Shown here one piece after another: positions 62,050 through 64,000 of a stretch of DNA of 64,000 nucleotides. The notes beneath the pieces are model-generated. The model saw nothing but the letters and a program-made list of their open reading frames with translations. It was not told where the DNA came from and ran no database searches. The translations under genes were made by a program, and so were the position numbers. This DNA is from Octopus sinensis (Eukaryota): contig NC_043007.1 of NCBI RefSeq assembly GCF_006345805.1, forward strand, positions 18,352,001-18,416,000. Reading direction: 5' to 3'. The stretch's first letter is position 1. Each line of letters starts with the position of its first letter.

Positions 62050-62375
62050 ACCTGTGCTGGTGGCACGTAAAAAGCACCATCTGAACGTGGATGATGCCAG
62101 TGCCGCCTTGACTGGCTTCTGTGCTGGTGGCACATAAAAAGCACCAACCAATCGTGGCCGCTGCCAGCCTCCTCTGGCACCTGTGCCAGTGGCACGTAAA
62201 AAGCACCCACTACACTCACGGAGTGGTTGGCATTAGGAAGGGCATCCAGCTGTAGAAACACTGCCGGATCAGACTGGAGCCTGGTGCAGCCTCCTGGCTT
62301 CCCAGACCCCGGTCGAACCGTCCAACCTGTGCTAGCTCAGAAAACAGACGTTAAACGATGATGATGATGATGATG
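62050..62375 (+). mobile_element. RTE 3' UTR-derived repeat
   Basis: Closest to the 22400-22655 subtype (gcttcccagacccc.gtcgaaccgtcc). Confidence 0.8.
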
Positions 62376-62676
62376 TGTTTGACCAGCAGTGAGTCAGTGA
62401 TCAGATGGCTTGATTGTCTTACATGTGTCATTTGTTTGTCAAATCTCTTGGTACCTTGTTTTTGTCTGACAGCTATCCAGTGTTCCAGTTGGTTGATTCC
62501 CTGATGATGTCACTTGCCTTAAGTCAGCTGAATATTTATTTCTTTTTTCCTGAGGATCTGGTTTTGACCAGCGATAAATATCTAACTGGTTAAGTCATGG
62601 GTGACCACCAAATAGTGTTGAGAAAGAGCAATGTGTAATTGTACAACAATTTGAAGATAGGATTTCAACTTCCAAT

Positions 62677-63047
62677 TTATTACCTCTGCCTTAGCGAAAG
62701 TGGAAGTATTGTTTTTCAGCAGTGTTTGTTTGTTTTTTTGTTCATGGACTAGCTATCTTAAGGACCACTGGATGGATTCAGATGAAACTTTCAGGGATGT
62801 TTGGCCTCATGACTGGCACAAACTGATAAGATTTTGAGATTGATCTGGTACCGGGCAAGAATTCTGTATTATTTTTCCGGTTTCTTTACTTAATTTTTGA
62901 GAGTGGTCGGGTTCATTTTTACAATTTTCATTTCTGAGAGCAGTCGAGTTTATTTCAGATATTCTCATTTCAAAAATCATCTCTGGCTAATCATTGAGAG
63001 GAAGTTGGCGTTGCCTTGGCAGAGGTCTGTGCTCTGAGTACTCTTGT
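62677..63047 (+). mobile_element. Helentron/DINE-1-like non-autonomous element
   Basis: TTATTACCTCTGCC subterminal repeat, inverted GGCAGAGGT near the 3' end, followed by a short hairpin and T run. Confidence 0.55.
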
Positions 63048-63314
63048 TTTTGTTTTCAGTTGTTTTTTGGTGAATAAACTGAATTTTCTCATTCTAGCAT
63101 GTTGTTATATTTAGTTATCATTTCCTTATTTATATTTTAGATTTCTTAATAAACATATTTTTCTTATTTTCCTGTTTTAATCTAATTTGGCAGAATTATT
63201 TCTAATGCATTGATATAGAGGGGAAATGTGGTATTTTGGATGTTTGTTCATAGGACACAGAGTTAGATGTTTACTCACAGGAATTTTCCTAGTTGTGGGG
63301 TCTTAGATTTGTTA

Positions 63315-63835
63315 CCTGTGTTACCTGTGTACCATCATTCTGTACCTCAGAGTCAAACTCATTTGTCCTATATAATCTCCACCACACCTGCTGTATTTGA
63401 TAACATAAATTAAATTCCTCGATGCACAAGTGAAATGACTGTTTATGATGAAAATTTGCCCTGACTCAAATTCTTATGTTGAACTTTCGATGAGGTTGAT
63501 GCTGGTTCTGCAATAGGATGGTTACATTTTCTGACTGATGGGGTTATGTTTTTGGTGGGTAATTTGGCGCACGTAAGTAGCCATTTTAGAGATTTTACTT
63601 TTACTTTTAATAATTTTAAAGTGTTTTTTGTCATTCATAGATCAATCATTAAAAGGGACATATTCTGATGGATAATCTTATACGTTTTCATGTTTCTTGG
63701 ATTCTGTGGATTACATAAGGTAAAGTGTTAAGTGTATCAAGGGTTTTCTTGTTTTGCTTAATTATTGGATATGACGATCATTTTTGAAAGTTTTATTTTG
63801 TTATTGATTAAATTGATTGGGTATTGTCTTTTGAG
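63315..63835 (-). mobile_element. Second Penelope-like remnant with GIY-YIG N-terminal motifs
   Basis: LLKRQYPINLI...KSLKWLLTCAKLP...VRKC.../FTCASRNLIYVIKYSRCGGDYIGQMSLTLRYRMMVHR; NLIY...YIGQ motifs, frameshifted. Confidence 0.75.
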
Positions 63836-64000
63836 TAATATGCAGGGTGTCCCAAAAGCCACTGATGGGTTTCAGTTTTTAATAACTTCCTTAACTTTAC
63901 AAATAAATATGTGAATCCATTCAAATTAGACCTCACACATGGTTCCAGCAAGATGGGGCAACTGCACAAGAGAAACGATGCAACTGCAGCGAGCTGGCAG

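Overview
AT-rich, microsatellite- and transposon-saturated eukaryotic DNA. The repeat families point to a coleoid cephalopod, most likely Octopus (inference). The only gene I can identify is the first coding exon of a choline/ethanolamine kinase on the minus strand (357-239), followed by a ~2.2 kb polypyrimidine tract. Most of the rest is nested mobile DNA: a 5'-truncated RTE LINE and about 11 detached copies of its 3' UTR, CR1, L2/Crack and R4/Dong LINE remnants, Penelope-like GIY-YIG remnants, a gypsy gag remnant, Tc1/mariner fragments and MITEs, an 8-bp-TSD foldback element, Helitron/Helentron derivatives and four SINE families. The standout signal, absent from the ORF track, is a cluster of type I hammerhead ribozyme motifs. 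Three are canonical or near-canonical on the minus strand (19568-19657, 23545-23636, 25702-25790), with palindromic stem III and long stem II. Two are tandem variant-core copies (32334-32371, 32654-32691) and several more are decayed. They sit in Penelope-like repeats, many folded into long inverted repeats. Hammerheads in Penelope-like elements are known biology; whether these families are described in cephalopods needs a search. A possible multi-exon minus-strand gene is suggested only weakly by splice signals. Repeat boundaries are read by eye and approximate unless a TSD or TIR is cited.
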